From positions 1 to 59,380 of the IMG/VR virus record IMGVR_UViG_3300046010_007017: 59,380 nt of DNA. The stretch is one strand, 5' to 3'. This DNA comes from a virus (taxonomy: Duplodnaviria; Caudoviricetes). Numbering within the stretch: the first letter of the stretch is position 1; each line of letters starts with the position of its first letter. Of the stretch, positions 1 through 8,992 are shown in pieces. The notes under the pieces were generated by a model that made no database searches, was not told the origin of the DNA, and saw only the letters and a list, made by a program, of their open reading frames with translations. The position numbers were made by a program, and so were the translations under genes.

Positions 1-160
1 ACATTTCTTCAGCTATTCCTAATAATTCAGCTATAATTAGTAAAGCACCAGCTAGTGGTAATTTACCAAATATTAAAGCAAATCCAGCTCCAAATCTGAA
101 GCCGGATTTAACTAAGCTAATATAAAAGTGCCAATTTGTATTTGATTCTTTTTCTTGCAT
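1..160 (-). CDS. small membrane protein (3' end runs off window)
   Basis: Not in ORF track. Read by hand from ATG at 160: MQEKESNTNWHFYISLVKSGFRFGAGFALIFGKLPLAGALLIIAELLGIAEEM..., two hydrophobic stretches, starts 2 nt after the folE stop. Confidence 0.7.
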   Translation of the reverse strand, partial: MQEKESNTNWHFYISLVKSGFRFGAGFALIFGKLPLAGALLIIAELLGIAEEM

Positions 161-162
161 AA

Positions 163-795
163 TTAGAATTTTGTTCCATTTACTTCAATCGCGTGTAAGA
201 ATTCTTCACGAATTAAATTATCTTTTTCCATAAACACACCACTAAATTTGTTTGTAGTCATTACAGAGCCATGTTTGATACCTCTATGTGAGCAACATGT
301 ATGCTTACAAGCAATACTAACTGCTACTGAATCACATACCATTTTATTAGCAATATAATCATGAATTTGTGTTGTTAATGATTCTTGCATTTGTGGTCTA
401 CGTCCAAACCATTCAACAATACGATTTAATTTACTTAAACCAATAACGTTTTCTGCTGGTACATAAGCTACTGTAGCATAACCTGTAAATGCTAAGTTGT
501 GGTGAGCACACATACTAACAATAGGAATACCTGATTGAATTACTAGTCCATCATATCCTTCATCATTAGGGAATACTGTAATGTTTGGTTCATCAGTAAC
601 AGAACCTACGATTAAGTCTTTTAACCATGCTTTAGCTACACGTCTTGGTGTATCTACTGTTTGTCTATCAGCTGTGTAGTCAAATCCTACTGCATTAAGG
701 AAATTTCCATATGCTTTAGCTGCTTTATCAATCATCTGCTCAATCTCTTTTGGTGTACGAGCCATACTACCATTTGATTTTTTTAATAACTCCAT
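163..795 (-). CDS. folE: GTP cyclohydrolase I
   Basis: TPRRVAK, SMCAHH, VIGLSKLNRIV, RRPQMQE, HTCCSHRG motifs. Confidence 0.96.
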   Translation of the reverse strand: MELLKKSNGSMARTPKEIEQMIDKAAKAYGNFLNAVGFDYTADRQTVDTPRRVAKAWLKDLIVGSVTDEPNITVFPNDEGYDGLVIQSGIPIVSMCAHHNLAFTGYATVAYVPAENVIGLSKLNRIVEWFGRRPQMQESLTTQIHDYIANKMVCDSVAVSIACKHTCCSHRGIKHGSVMTTNKFSGVFMEKDNLIREEFLHAIEVNGTKF

Positions 796-812
796 ATATT
801 TTATTTTATGGT

Positions 813-844
813 TAAATGTACGATAACTTATTTAGTCTACCAAA
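813..844 (-). promoter_or_regulatory. Bacteroidota-type housekeeping-sigma promoter (-33/-7) for folE
   Basis: Minus strand TTTG-N20-TACATTTA, 17 nt upstream of the ATG. Confidence 0.75.
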
Positions 845-846
845 TT

Positions 847-2175
847 TTATAAATTCATTCTTGAACCTATTAGGAAAAAATTCATCAGCGGCATTGATGT
901 GTTTGTAGAACCATTTAATTTATAGTTAAATGCAGCCGCAAAGCGTTTCGATATTTTATAATTTATCGATGTTCCCAATATAATACCAACATTTTTGTCT
1001 TTAGCTAATATATTTGTTTGTATATTATATGTTATAGGAGAACTCATAACGAATATTTCAGGCGATAACGCTAATTTTTTATTTATCTGGTATGGTTTCA
1101 TCCAAAATCCAGTTAATGAATATGAAGTTAATGGAGTTGTTTGGGTTCCCTTAAGTAATAGTCCCAATACAGATAAATTATACCCCATTGTTCCGTACTT
1201 TGCTGTTGGTAAAATGTGGGTGTATCCCACCATTGTCATATAATTTCCATTCATATACGCATTTGTAAATGAATAGTTGTCTATTGACTCAATTTTGCCC
1301 TTATCAAAGTTCATCTTAGTATATGATGCGGATATGGCAAATTGTTTTAAATTAGACCAAATCATAGTATTAGCGCTCCAACTTGATTCACCTGTCATAG
1401 ATGATTGAGATATACCTAGTGATGCTATTCCTGTATATTGCTTATCTGCTCCTTCCCCTACTGTCAAGTCAGAAGCAAACATTATAGGATTTATCCTTGC
1501 TTGCTCTTTTTTACTCCCCTTTTTATCTTCTTTCTTTTCTTCTTTTTTATCTTCTTTCTTTTCTTCTTTAGACTCAGATTTTTTTTCCTCCTTCGATTCG
1601 CTCTTGCTTTCGCTCTTGCTTTCGCTTGAACTGCTGCTTTCTGATTTGCTCTCGGATGAGGATGTACCCCCAGAAGACGAAGACGAAGATTCCGAAGATG
1701 AAGAAGATGAAGATGTTGATGCAGATGATGATGAAGCTGATGAAGCTGATGAAGATGCTGCGCTTGAAGCACTTGAACTTGCGGATGAAGCTGCTGAACT
1801 TGCTGCTGATGAAGCAGCGGATGAAGCTGCTGAACTTGCTGCTGATGCCGCGGCTGATGCTGCTGCTGACGCTGCTTGACTTACCGTTTGCGTTATAGTC
1901 TGCTGAGTTGTTTGGCTTATAGGGCATGGGGTTGAAAATATTTCATTAATCCATTTAGTTACTGCTCCTGAAGCAAAATCGGCATAGGTAAATGTTTTAA
2001 ACTTATTTCTAATAAGTACTACTACACCAGATTGATTTGAAGCAATTGGAACTAATACTGTGTATACTTTGTTATCACATGGATCAATATATGTTTGAAC
2101 AATACTTTGGCCGTTAGCCTTATTAGCTATTAAAAACATAACTAATATAGTAAAAGCTAACGGCCATTTTTTCAT
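847..2175 (-). CDS. exported protein with Ser/Ala and Lys/Glu low-complexity linker and probable C-terminal outer-membrane beta-barrel
   Basis: Signal peptide (MKKWPLAFTILVMFLIANKANG-Q), small domain with two Cys, (SSAA)n/S-rich/KEEKK linker, then amphipathic beta-strand pattern ending FFLIGSRMNL. Confidence 0.6.
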   Translation of the reverse strand: MKKWPLAFTILVMFLIANKANGQSIVQTYIDPCDNKVYTVLVPIASNQSGVVVLIRNKFKTFTYADFASGAVTKWINEIFSTPCPISQTTQQTITQTVSQAASAAASAAASAASSAASSAASSAASSAASSASSSASSAASSSASSASSSSASTSSSSSSSESSSSSSGGTSSSESKSESSSSSESKSESKSESKEEKKSESKEEKKEDKKEEKKEDKKGSKKEQARINPIMFASDLTVGEGADKQYTGIASLGISQSSMTGESSWSANTMIWSNLKQFAISASYTKMNFDKGKIESIDNYSFTNAYMNGNYMTMVGYTHILPTAKYGTMGYNLSVLGLLLKGTQTTPLTSYSLTGFWMKPYQINKKLALSPEIFVMSSPITYNIQTNILAKDKNVGIILGTSINYKISKRFAAAFNYKLNGSTNTSMPLMNFFLIGSRMNL

Positions 2176-2279
2176 TAGTATTTTTTAAGAATCTCTAAAT
2201 TAGCTTTAACTAATTCAGCTTTCTTCATCCCGGAACGTCTACTACGCATTGGGCGTTTTTTCTTTGCTGCTGTTCCCAT
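2175..2279 (-). CDS. 34-aa basic peptide
   Basis: Not in ORF track. MGTAAKKKRPMRSRRSGMKKAELVKANLEILKKY*; fills the gap exactly and its TAA overlaps the next ATG (TAATG coupling). Confidence 0.7.
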   Translation of the reverse strand: MGTAAKKKRPMRSRRSGMKKAELVKANLEILKKY

Positions 2280-2282
2280 TGT

Positions 2283-3005
2283 TTAGTTTTTAAATATTCC
2301 TTTTTTAACCATTCTATCTAAAATTCTAGCACACGCAATATCTAATGCTTTCTTAGTTGCGATAGAAATAGTTGATTGATTGAATTTAATTGGATCTATA
2401 GTTGCATCTGATAATAATGTTAATTGTCTATTTGTAGTTGCTTCACCTAAGCCACTTGCACCGAACACTACACCTGTTTCTGCATCTGTAAATCTAACTT
2501 GCAAACCTAATCTTGTTACCATGTTATCTTTAATACCATCTTTTAGATTGATGGTTTCATCTTCTGATACTGAGTAGTCATATACTTCAATAGTTACAAA
2601 GTATTCTGCTAAATTGATTTTACCTCTACCATCTAGTTTATTTTCAGATATTCCAGCTTGTGATGCTTGAAATTGCTTAACCATTCTATTTTTAATTTCC
2701 GTTTTGTCTTCGGTGAATTTAAAACGATTAAGATTTTCTAAATATTCCATTGTGATATTAGCAACACCTAACCCAACACGTTTTTCTTTTAGTTCAGGAT
2801 ACATTTCATACATCTCGTCTGAAATGCCTGCTTTTAAAATTTGAATAGGAATTTGTGGGCCTTCATAATCTAAGAATTGAGAAATATCAATCTTAGTTTC
2901 AAATGATGCTTTATATTGTTCTGTTTTTGTTACTCCTATTGTTTGAGCAACAGCCACAACACTGCTTAGTAAAAATAAACTTAATAATATCAATAATTTT
3001 TTCAT
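2283..3005 (-). CDS. CsgG/HfaB-like (curli assembly/transport family) exported protein
   Basis: Signal peptide; GLGVANITMEYLENLNRFKFTE...AEYFVTIEVYDYS...LGLQVRFTDAETGVVFGASG matches the CsgG/TolB_N-like pattern. No lipobox Cys. Confidence 0.7.
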   Translation of the reverse strand: MKKLLILLSLFLLSSVVAVAQTIGVTKTEQYKASFETKIDISQFLDYEGPQIPIQILKAGISDEMYEMYPELKEKRVGLGVANITMEYLENLNRFKFTEDKTEIKNRMVKQFQASQAGISENKLDGRGKINLAEYFVTIEVYDYSVSEDETINLKDGIKDNMVTRLGLQVRFTDAETGVVFGASGLGEATTNRQLTLLSDATIDPIKFNQSTISIATKKALDIACARILDRMVKKGIFKN

Positions 3006-3008
3006 ACA

Positions 3009-3302
3009 TTATCTGTTTCTTGGTTGTCTTGGTTGTCTTGGGGGTAAAGGACGATATTGTGGTCTCTGTGGGATTACAATAGGACGTCTTTGAGGTATAA
3101 CTATTGGTCTTTGTCTTTGAATAATAATAGGATTGTAAAAAGGAACACCCCATCCATAATTGAAAAAGAATGGAGATGGGGTGTATATATTATCATATAT
3201 TACTCTTTGTTTTTTTACAACTGAATCTTTCTGATCAACGTAAACGTACTGTACAGGTGTACAGCTTGCTAATAATAGTATACCAAGTAATAACTTTTTC
3301 AT
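3009..3302 (-). CDS. Pro/Arg/Gln-rich lipoprotein (o-spanin-like candidate)
   Basis: Lipobox LLASC; tandem RPIVIPQR repeats and PRQPRQPR tail. Confidence 0.6.
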   Translation of the reverse strand: MKKLLLGILLLASCTPVQYVYVDQKDSVVKKQRVIYDNIYTPSPFFFNYGWGVPFYNPIIIQRQRPIVIPQRRPIVIPQRPQYRPLPPRQPRQPRNR

Positions 3303-3313
3303 GTGTTTAGATT

Positions 3314-3922
3314 TTAGTGTGTATCATCATGTGATTCTTTTAATAAACCACATTTTTGGCATTCTAAATATCCGTCCCCATCTGCGTCTCCCCAAACGTG
3401 AACACATTGTCTGTGAGCTTTCATTTCATGCTCTAATTTAAGCTTTTCCATTTCTTGCTCGTGCTCTTGTTCATCTACTTCAAGCATTTGTCTATGTTCT
3501 TGTTCGTCTTTAGTTAAGTCATAGTTTTGTTTATTTTCAACTACTGCTAATTCTCTTGCTGCTGCTGCACCTTGAACGAATGCATCTGGAATTAATGGAG
3601 TAAATGGTTTGTTACTTTCTTTAATGTCATTAACACTACCTAAGCTAACACCATCTTCTTCATCCATTTTCTGTACTAACATCTTATCCTTATCAGTGTC
3701 ACTAAACCAGTAATCTATGATTTTACCATAGCTACCAATGAAGGCACCTAACAATAACATTAATAACTCTTTCCATGCTGCGGCCATTGGTGTTTGTAAT
3801 GTAATTGCAATAAATATACCTGCAATAATGATTAAAAATCCACCTAATACCATTGCTGTGATGTACCATCTACGGGACATCATTTTATTTAATAATTCTT
3901 TAAATCCTGTTGGTTGTTGCAT
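3314..3922 (-). CDS. holin-like two-TM membrane protein with coiled coil and C-terminal Cys/His motif
   Basis: Two TM helices followed by IIDYWFS; EQEH repeats; CVH...DADGDG...CQKC at the C-terminus; lies in the lysis region. Confidence 0.5.
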   Translation of the reverse strand: MQQPTGFKELLNKMMSRRWYITAMVLGGFLIIIAGIFIAITLQTPMAAAWKELLMLLLGAFIGSYGKIIDYWFSDTDKDKMLVQKMDEEDGVSLGSVNDIKESNKPFTPLIPDAFVQGAAAARELAVVENKQNYDLTKDEQEHRQMLEVDEQEHEQEMEKLKLEHEMKAHRQCVHVWGDADGDGYLECQKCGLLKESHDDTH

Positions 3923-3942
3923 ACTTTATTTTTTAATGTTTA

Positions 3943-4248
3943 TTACCACTGTGCTGGTTTCTCTTTAAACTCATCAGCTTCTTTCTTAGGTTTAGCTGGA
4001 GCTGCTGGTTTAGTTGCTGCTTCTTTCTCCTTAATAATTACTGTTTTACCACCTGCAGCTTGAGACTGTTGGTTAGAGTTTGTAATATTAATTACTGGGG
4101 CAGCTGCTGCTGGAGTTGCTTCCTTATCATCACCACCTGTTAATTTTGTTGTAAACCAACCACCTACACCTAAAGTGATAGTAGATACTAATCCGATAAG
4201 AATATTCTTAAGGGAAGTACCAGTGCTTTCTTTTTGTTCTTCTGACAT
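3943..4248 (-). CDS. single-TM protein with Ala/Pro/Lys-rich tail
   Basis: N-terminal TM (ILIGLVSTITLGVGGWF) then a low-complexity soluble part; directly downstream of the endolysin. Confidence 0.55.
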   Translation of the reverse strand: MSEEQKESTGTSLKNILIGLVSTITLGVGGWFTTKLTGGDDKEATPAAAAPVINITNSNQQSQAAGGKTVIIKEKEAATKPAAPAKPKKEADEFKEKPAQW

Positions 4249-4255
4249 TGTTTTA

Positions 4256-4855
4256 TTATTTTAATAGTTCGTAATATTCTTTAAAGTGTTTGATACGATC
4301 AGCTAAACCAATTGTACCTCCGTTAACACGTTTAGTAATCATTGTTACTACTGCGTCTGTTGATCCTTGATCTGCTAATTTGTGTAAGTTATTTTTAGTG
4401 AAAAACCATGCTGCTGAAAGTAAAGCATATTCATTTGCTACTTTTTCAGGAGCAGCAGTTAAATCTTCATTAATCGCTTTACCAAATGCGGTATAGTTAT
4501 CTTTACCTGTTAACTGGATATACCCACGTCCACAATATTTTGCTCCATCACCTGATGCTTCAGGTCCGTTACCCATTCTACCACCATATACTTTATTGGC
4601 AATTTTTTGTGGGTTTCTAGCGTAAGCGGCTGCTGCTGCTTCTGTTGGGAAATACTTTTTAAAGATACCATTTAAACCTTTTGCAGAGTAGTTTAAATTT
4701 TCTTTTGTTAAGCGGAAACCGCCACTTTCATGTCCACACTGTGCTAAGAAATGAGCTAAACGCAATGGCGTATTAAGCTGAAATTTGGCTGCTGTGTCAG
4801 GGATCATTGCTAATACCTTATCAGGTATATGTCCTTTTAATTTGTCTAAATTCAT
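4256..4855 (-). CDS. glycoside hydrolase family 19 endolysin
   Basis: RLAHFLAQCGHESGGF, ENLNYSA, GRGYIQLTGKDNY, SAAWFF, ITKRVNGGTIGLADR. Confidence 0.93.
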   Translation of the reverse strand: MNLDKLKGHIPDKVLAMIPDTAAKFQLNTPLRLAHFLAQCGHESGGFRLTKENLNYSAKGLNGIFKKYFPTEAAAAAYARNPQKIANKVYGGRMGNGPEASGDGAKYCGRGYIQLTGKDNYTAFGKAINEDLTAAPEKVANEYALLSAAWFFTKNNLHKLADQGSTDAVVTMITKRVNGGTIGLADRIKHFKEYYELLK

Positions 4856-4868
4856 AGTCTATTTAATT

Positions 4869-5108
4869 TTAATTATCACCTTTTTTGTTAATCCATTTGT
4901 CAACTGATGCTATACCAAAACAAGCAATTGTTAACATTTTAAATGAATCAAAGATAAATTCATTAACTAACAATGGCATGTTCATCCATCCTGTAACAAT
5001 ATCTGCTACAGCGAATATCACCATAATTACAAAAGACGCAAAACCAATTACTGCTTTTTCATTGATAGAATTGCTATCATTGAATAAATCATAGAAGAAT
5101 TTTTTCAT
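4869..5108 (-). CDS. putative holin (two TM)
   Basis: 79 aa, two hydrophobic helices, charged C-terminus, immediately upstream of the endolysin. Confidence 0.55.
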   Translation of the reverse strand: MKKFFYDLFNDSNSINEKAVIGFASFVIMVIFAVADIVTGWMNMPLLVNEFIFDSFKMLTIACFGIASVDKWINKKGDN

Positions 5109-5114
5109 ACTTTT

Positions 5115-5498
5115 TTACTTTTTAATTGTTATAAAACTTTTTATTTCAGTTCCTTTAACATCAATAAGAATCAATGCATAGTCACCGTTATTTAAATCTG
5201 ATAAATTGTAATTTTTTGTTGTTATATTATTTTCTGCTGTAAATCCAAATACTTTAGATGGATCTTCACTACCAAATGGTACAATTTGTACTGAATATTT
5301 TGCATCAGGTGTTGTTGCAAATTCAACTGTTATGTTACCTGTTGTTAAGGCTGGTATTATTTTATTGATAGATGTAGATGTAGATTTTACTCCTAAATCT
5401 ATTGTGTAAGGAGTATCAAATGTCTTTCTACAGCTAGTAGCTATTAGTACTGTTAAAAATGATAACCCTAGTAATCTTAATATTGTTTTTTGTTTCAT
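5115..5498 (-). CDS. lipoprotein with T9SS C-terminal-sorting-domain-like Ig fold
   Basis: Lipobox IATSC; C-terminus NYNLSDLNNGDYALILIDVKGTEIKSFITIKK resembles the type A T9SS CTD pattern (LxxLxxGxY...K). Confidence 0.5.
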   Translation of the reverse strand: MKQKTILRLLGLSFLTVLIATSCRKTFDTPYTIDLGVKSTSTSINKIIPALTTGNITVEFATTPDAKYSVQIVPFGSEDPSKVFGFTAENNITTKNYNLSDLNNGDYALILIDVKGTEIKSFITIKK

Positions 5499-5499
5499 T

Positions 5500-7248
5500 T
5501 TAAAAATTATTGTATCCTGTTAGTTTAATTGTTGTTGTATTTAAATTAATACCTAATTGACTTCCTTTATTATCACTAGCATCTAAGTTTTGTGTAATTT
5601 TAATTCTAGTATTTAAATCAACTCCTTCTCCTATTGATGAAAACTTTAATTTGAATGGTGCTGAAATGCCATTGATAGGAGTTTTTAATTCTTTATCAAT
5701 CGCTCCAAAACGTAATACACCGTTCTTTAGATTAACAAACACAAACCATGTATTAGGTACCTCAGACTTTATTTCTTCAAACTTTACTTTAGTAGGATCA
5801 TATACTACTTCAAACTGTAAAGCAGATACATTATTGTTTTTAGCATCTATATTAAATGGTATCTCAATGTTATTTGATACTACTGTTAAATTATTTAAAT
5901 TAACGTCAATTATAGGTAACGACGGGTTTACTGTATTAACTGAAAGTGATTTAAATATTATATCGTTAATTGAATTTGTTTGAATTTGGTTATTTACTAC
6001 AACTTGAGAACTATGTGATCTGTTTATGTCTCCAGGAATTACATACTTTAAATCTAAGTTAATAGCCGTATCTCTAGTTTTAAATTTAACTTTATGGTCA
6101 TTCCAATCTAGAGGTAAAGCTAAGGTTGTAGCAGCAGTAGCAGTATCAAAAAATGCTTTTGTAAATGTAGGTATACCTGTTGTAGTAGAACCTACTTGAG
6201 GATTAACAACAGTATCAGCACCTACTGCTTGGGCAAACAATAAAGCTAAATCACCTCCATCAAACTTACCATTTCGATTAAGATCTGAGGCGAAATATCC
6301 CATACCTGTTTTCATAGAAGTATTAGTAAACGTGCCGTCTAAATTTTGTTTATTAAATTCAGTTTGTGCTGCTGTGTAGTCAGATACTGTTATTGCTTTA
6401 TTTAAAGTTCCTGCTAATGTATCGCTAGGTAAATAAGCTAATGCATAGTATGTTGTATTAGGTAATACTTGACTACTTACATAAAATGAACCATCTTGTC
6501 TTATAGAAGGCCATGCTTTAACTTGAGAAGTAGCTGAGTCTATAATGGCAAGTACTGGATGGTATCCGGTAATTAGATTGGTATTGATTTGAAATGTGCC
6601 TTTAATTAATGCGTTAGTTGATGGATCTAAATCTACCCAAGCCGAATTTGGTTTAGGCATTGTAACAGTTTTTACACTACCAACATTGTCCCAACCGTAA
6701 GCAAAGTTGTAATAGATAGAATCATAAGCAAATCCCGCCTGAACAGTTTCTACTTTAAACAATAACTGCGCTAGTAAACCATCATTCAAATCAGTTTGAT
6801 TTCCATTAGGTGTAGCTATGTTGATGTTAATACGGTTAATTGCTCTAGATTGTCCTTGTATGTAATTATAACTAGCATACTGTGCATTCACAAGACCATC
6901 CTCAGTATTATTATTAGCGTTATCTATCCAGTTATAGCCTGGGTAGTAGTTGTTAACAACGGATGTGGTAGCGCCTGTTGGTAAAGAAGCGCCTTGAGTA
7001 CCGGCTGTTGGAAATCCTACTCCAATTAAGTTAATAGCTGATATTTGGTGTTGGAAGTCTAAGTAGAAATTACGTAGACGAGATTGATTGTTCTTAAACA
7101 TTAAGTTAAGAACTATGGTATCTCCTTTCTCAATTACACCTCCATTTTTATCTGTAGTGATTGTGTTAGGGGATATCTTTAATTCAGCAATTTGAGCTTG
7201 TGCGCTCAGACTGATTACTGTCAGTAATACTGCTAATATTTTATTCAT
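5500..7248 (-). CDS. exported protein with cohesin-like domains and dockerin/EF-hand-like motifs
   Basis: Signal peptide (…SAQA-Q); DLNRNGKFDGGDLALL and PGDINRSHS Ca-binding-like loops; C-terminal VSALQFEVVYDPTKVKFEEI cohesin-like signature. Confidence 0.6.
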   Translation of the reverse strand: MNKILAVLLTVISLSAQAQIAELKISPNTITTDKNGGVIEKGDTIVLNLMFKNNQSRLRNFYLDFQHQISAINLIGVGFPTAGTQGASLPTGATTSVVNNYYPGYNWIDNANNNTEDGLVNAQYASYNYIQGQSRAINRININIATPNGNQTDLNDGLLAQLLFKVETVQAGFAYDSIYYNFAYGWDNVGSVKTVTMPKPNSAWVDLDPSTNALIKGTFQINTNLITGYHPVLAIIDSATSQVKAWPSIRQDGSFYVSSQVLPNTTYYALAYLPSDTLAGTLNKAITVSDYTAAQTEFNKQNLDGTFTNTSMKTGMGYFASDLNRNGKFDGGDLALLFAQAVGADTVVNPQVGSTTTGIPTFTKAFFDTATAATTLALPLDWNDHKVKFKTRDTAINLDLKYVIPGDINRSHSSQVVVNNQIQTNSINDIIFKSLSVNTVNPSLPIIDVNLNNLTVVSNNIEIPFNIDAKNNNVSALQFEVVYDPTKVKFEEIKSEVPNTWFVFVNLKNGVLRFGAIDKELKTPINGISAPFKLKFSSIGEGVDLNTRIKITQNLDASDNKGSQLGINLNTTTIKLTGYNNF

Positions 7249-7946
7249 TATTTACTCTCAAATAGTTTAGTGATTAGTTTATCACAACTTTTCTTAAGCG
7301 CATTGCTTAAACTTGTTTGATTGAACTTACCACCTTCATCTATTATGAGTGTAGACATAGAGATTTCAGATGATGATTCTTCAACTAAAACCTCTTTAAC
7401 CTTTTTGTCATTCTTATATAAAATTCCTTTCATACGAATAACAACTTCCTCTTCATTTTTGTGAAATACGGAGATATTCTTTTTTGTATTTAAAACGTCT
7501 AAATAGACGATTTGTACTTGCAATTTATACGGTGCACTTGGTGCTAAATCGTATCCTTTTTCTTGTAAAAATTCTTCTAACACATTTTTTACACCAAATT
7601 CTAATTGTCTATTACCTGCTAAGGCACCTACTTTAACGTTATTTGTTACACCATCAACCCAAATGTGTTCTTCGGCATTATACCAAACATTACCCGGTGA
7701 ATTTTTGAATGTACCATTAAATTTCCAATCTAATTCATGTGCAATCTGTGATACTAATTTACTATGTCCACTAAATTCTAATGTAAGTGCTACAATCTGT
7801 ATTAGTAAAGCTGAGATGACAAATACCACCACCAGTCTTAATGCAACTAGTGTAAGTTTTTCTTTTAAAAATGTTACAGCTTTTATCATAAAATAAAATA
7901 AAATGAGGTCGGTGATAAATAATAAAATATCACTAACCCCTTGCAA
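7248..7946 (-). CDS. membrane-anchored protein with periplasmic TolB_N/CsgG-like alpha/beta domain (likely start 7889)
   Basis: N-terminal TM; FGVKNVLEEFLQEKGYDL...LQVQIVYLDV...LSNALKKSCDKLITKLF has an architecture parallel to the 2283-3005 protein. Confidence 0.45.
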   Translation of the reverse strand: MQGVSDILLFITDLILFYFMIKAVTFLKEKLTLVALRLVVVFVISALLIQIVALTLEFSGHSKLVSQIAHELDWKFNGTFKNSPGNVWYNAEEHIWVDGVTNNVKVGALAGNRQLEFGVKNVLEEFLQEKGYDLAPSAPYKLQVQIVYLDVLNTKKNISVFHKNEEEVVIRMKGILYKNDKKVKEVLVEESSSEISMSTLIIDEGGKFNQTSLSNALKKSCDKLITKLFESK

Positions 7947-7961
7947 TATATATGTATTTTT

Positions 7962-8981
7962 TTAGTCTAAGAATGCTTGCTGCATTAATTGTTTTGCTGT
8001 TTCATAATCAGTATTATATATTCTGCGGCGTTTTGTTTCAGCTTTAGTAATTTCTAATTCATCCATTAAACTATAGAAATCTTTAAGTGCTTTTTGAGTA
8101 ATATTTAATTTTTGAGTTGATACGGTTGAATTAAGTTTTGTGATTGGTGTCAATGCATCGTTCTTTTTCTTTTTACCTTTAACATAAACAATGCTTAATA
8201 ATGTAAGACATTCTTCAAGTTGTCTATATTTAGGAGTTCCAAATAAATCTTTAGTTTCTGTATAGGCGCCTATTGTATAGTATCCTCTAAATCCAACACC
8301 CACTAGTACTACTATTTCAAGAAAAAATGTTAAAAATACAAGTAAAGTATTATTTTCTTTATTTTTTTCTAGCTGTGTTTGTGTAGATAGCCCTGTTTTA
8401 CTTTCAATAGCTGCTAGTTTTGTGTCTTTAGTTGTTTGCAACACAGCAACAATTGAATCTCTATATTTTCTATCAGTTCTTGTACGTGCAACTTGATTTC
8501 TATAAAATTCTATCTCTTTATCGTAATATTTTGCTACTGAATCTGATTTGGTATTAACATTTTGGTCTATAGTTGTAGCAATTTGTGTACTTCTATCTAT
8601 CCAACGGTGTGATCCATTTAATGATAGATAAAATGAACCAGCAGTTAATGCTATTATAACAATAGCACCGCCAACTATACCGCCCGTTACTTTTTTATGT
8701 TTGAATATGCTGGTAATGAATTGCTCAAATGCAAAGCGTTTGAACAACTCATATCCAGTCATAATCAATATGGCAAAGATTAAGAATATAGTGGCTTTAA
8801 TGCCTGCTAAATCAGGTATTGAGTTAACTACATCAGAAAAGAAGTAGTATGAAAAGTAAATAATTGCTATATTACCTAAGAATGAAAACCAATATAAGGT
8901 TTTATCTAAGGTACCGAAATTCAACTCAAAACTATTCGTCTCGAGTTGTTTTTCTAGCTTTTTGTATTTTGAAAAATCCAT
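7962..8981 (-). CDS. multi-pass membrane protein with periplasmic coiled coil
   Basis: About four TM helices, a helical periplasmic stretch and a basic cytoplasmic C-terminal domain; first gene after a late-type motif. Confidence 0.6.
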   Translation of the reverse strand: MDFSKYKKLEKQLETNSFELNFGTLDKTLYWFSFLGNIAIIYFSYYFFSDVVNSIPDLAGIKATIFLIFAILIMTGYELFKRFAFEQFITSIFKHKKVTGGIVGGAIVIIALTAGSFYLSLNGSHRWIDRSTQIATTIDQNVNTKSDSVAKYYDKEIEFYRNQVARTRTDRKYRDSIVAVLQTTKDTKLAAIESKTGLSTQTQLEKNKENNTLLVFLTFFLEIVVLVGVGFRGYYTIGAYTETKDLFGTPKYRQLEECLTLLSIVYVKGKKKKNDALTPITKLNSTVSTQKLNITQKALKDFYSLMDELEITKAETKRRRIYNTDYETAKQLMQQAFLD

Positions 8982-8992
8982 TTAATTTTGTA

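Noticed and set aside
1491-1927. Alternative-frame minus ORFs 1491-1772 and 1574-1927 (also 2911-3153, 15460-15687, 29406-29627)
   Set aside because: They are off-frame readings of repetitive or coding DNA inside or across genuine genes.
2175-2279. Ribosomal protein bTHX/bS21-like identity for the basic peptide
   Set aside because: Only compositional similarity; the family motifs (e.g. GKGDxKT) are absent.
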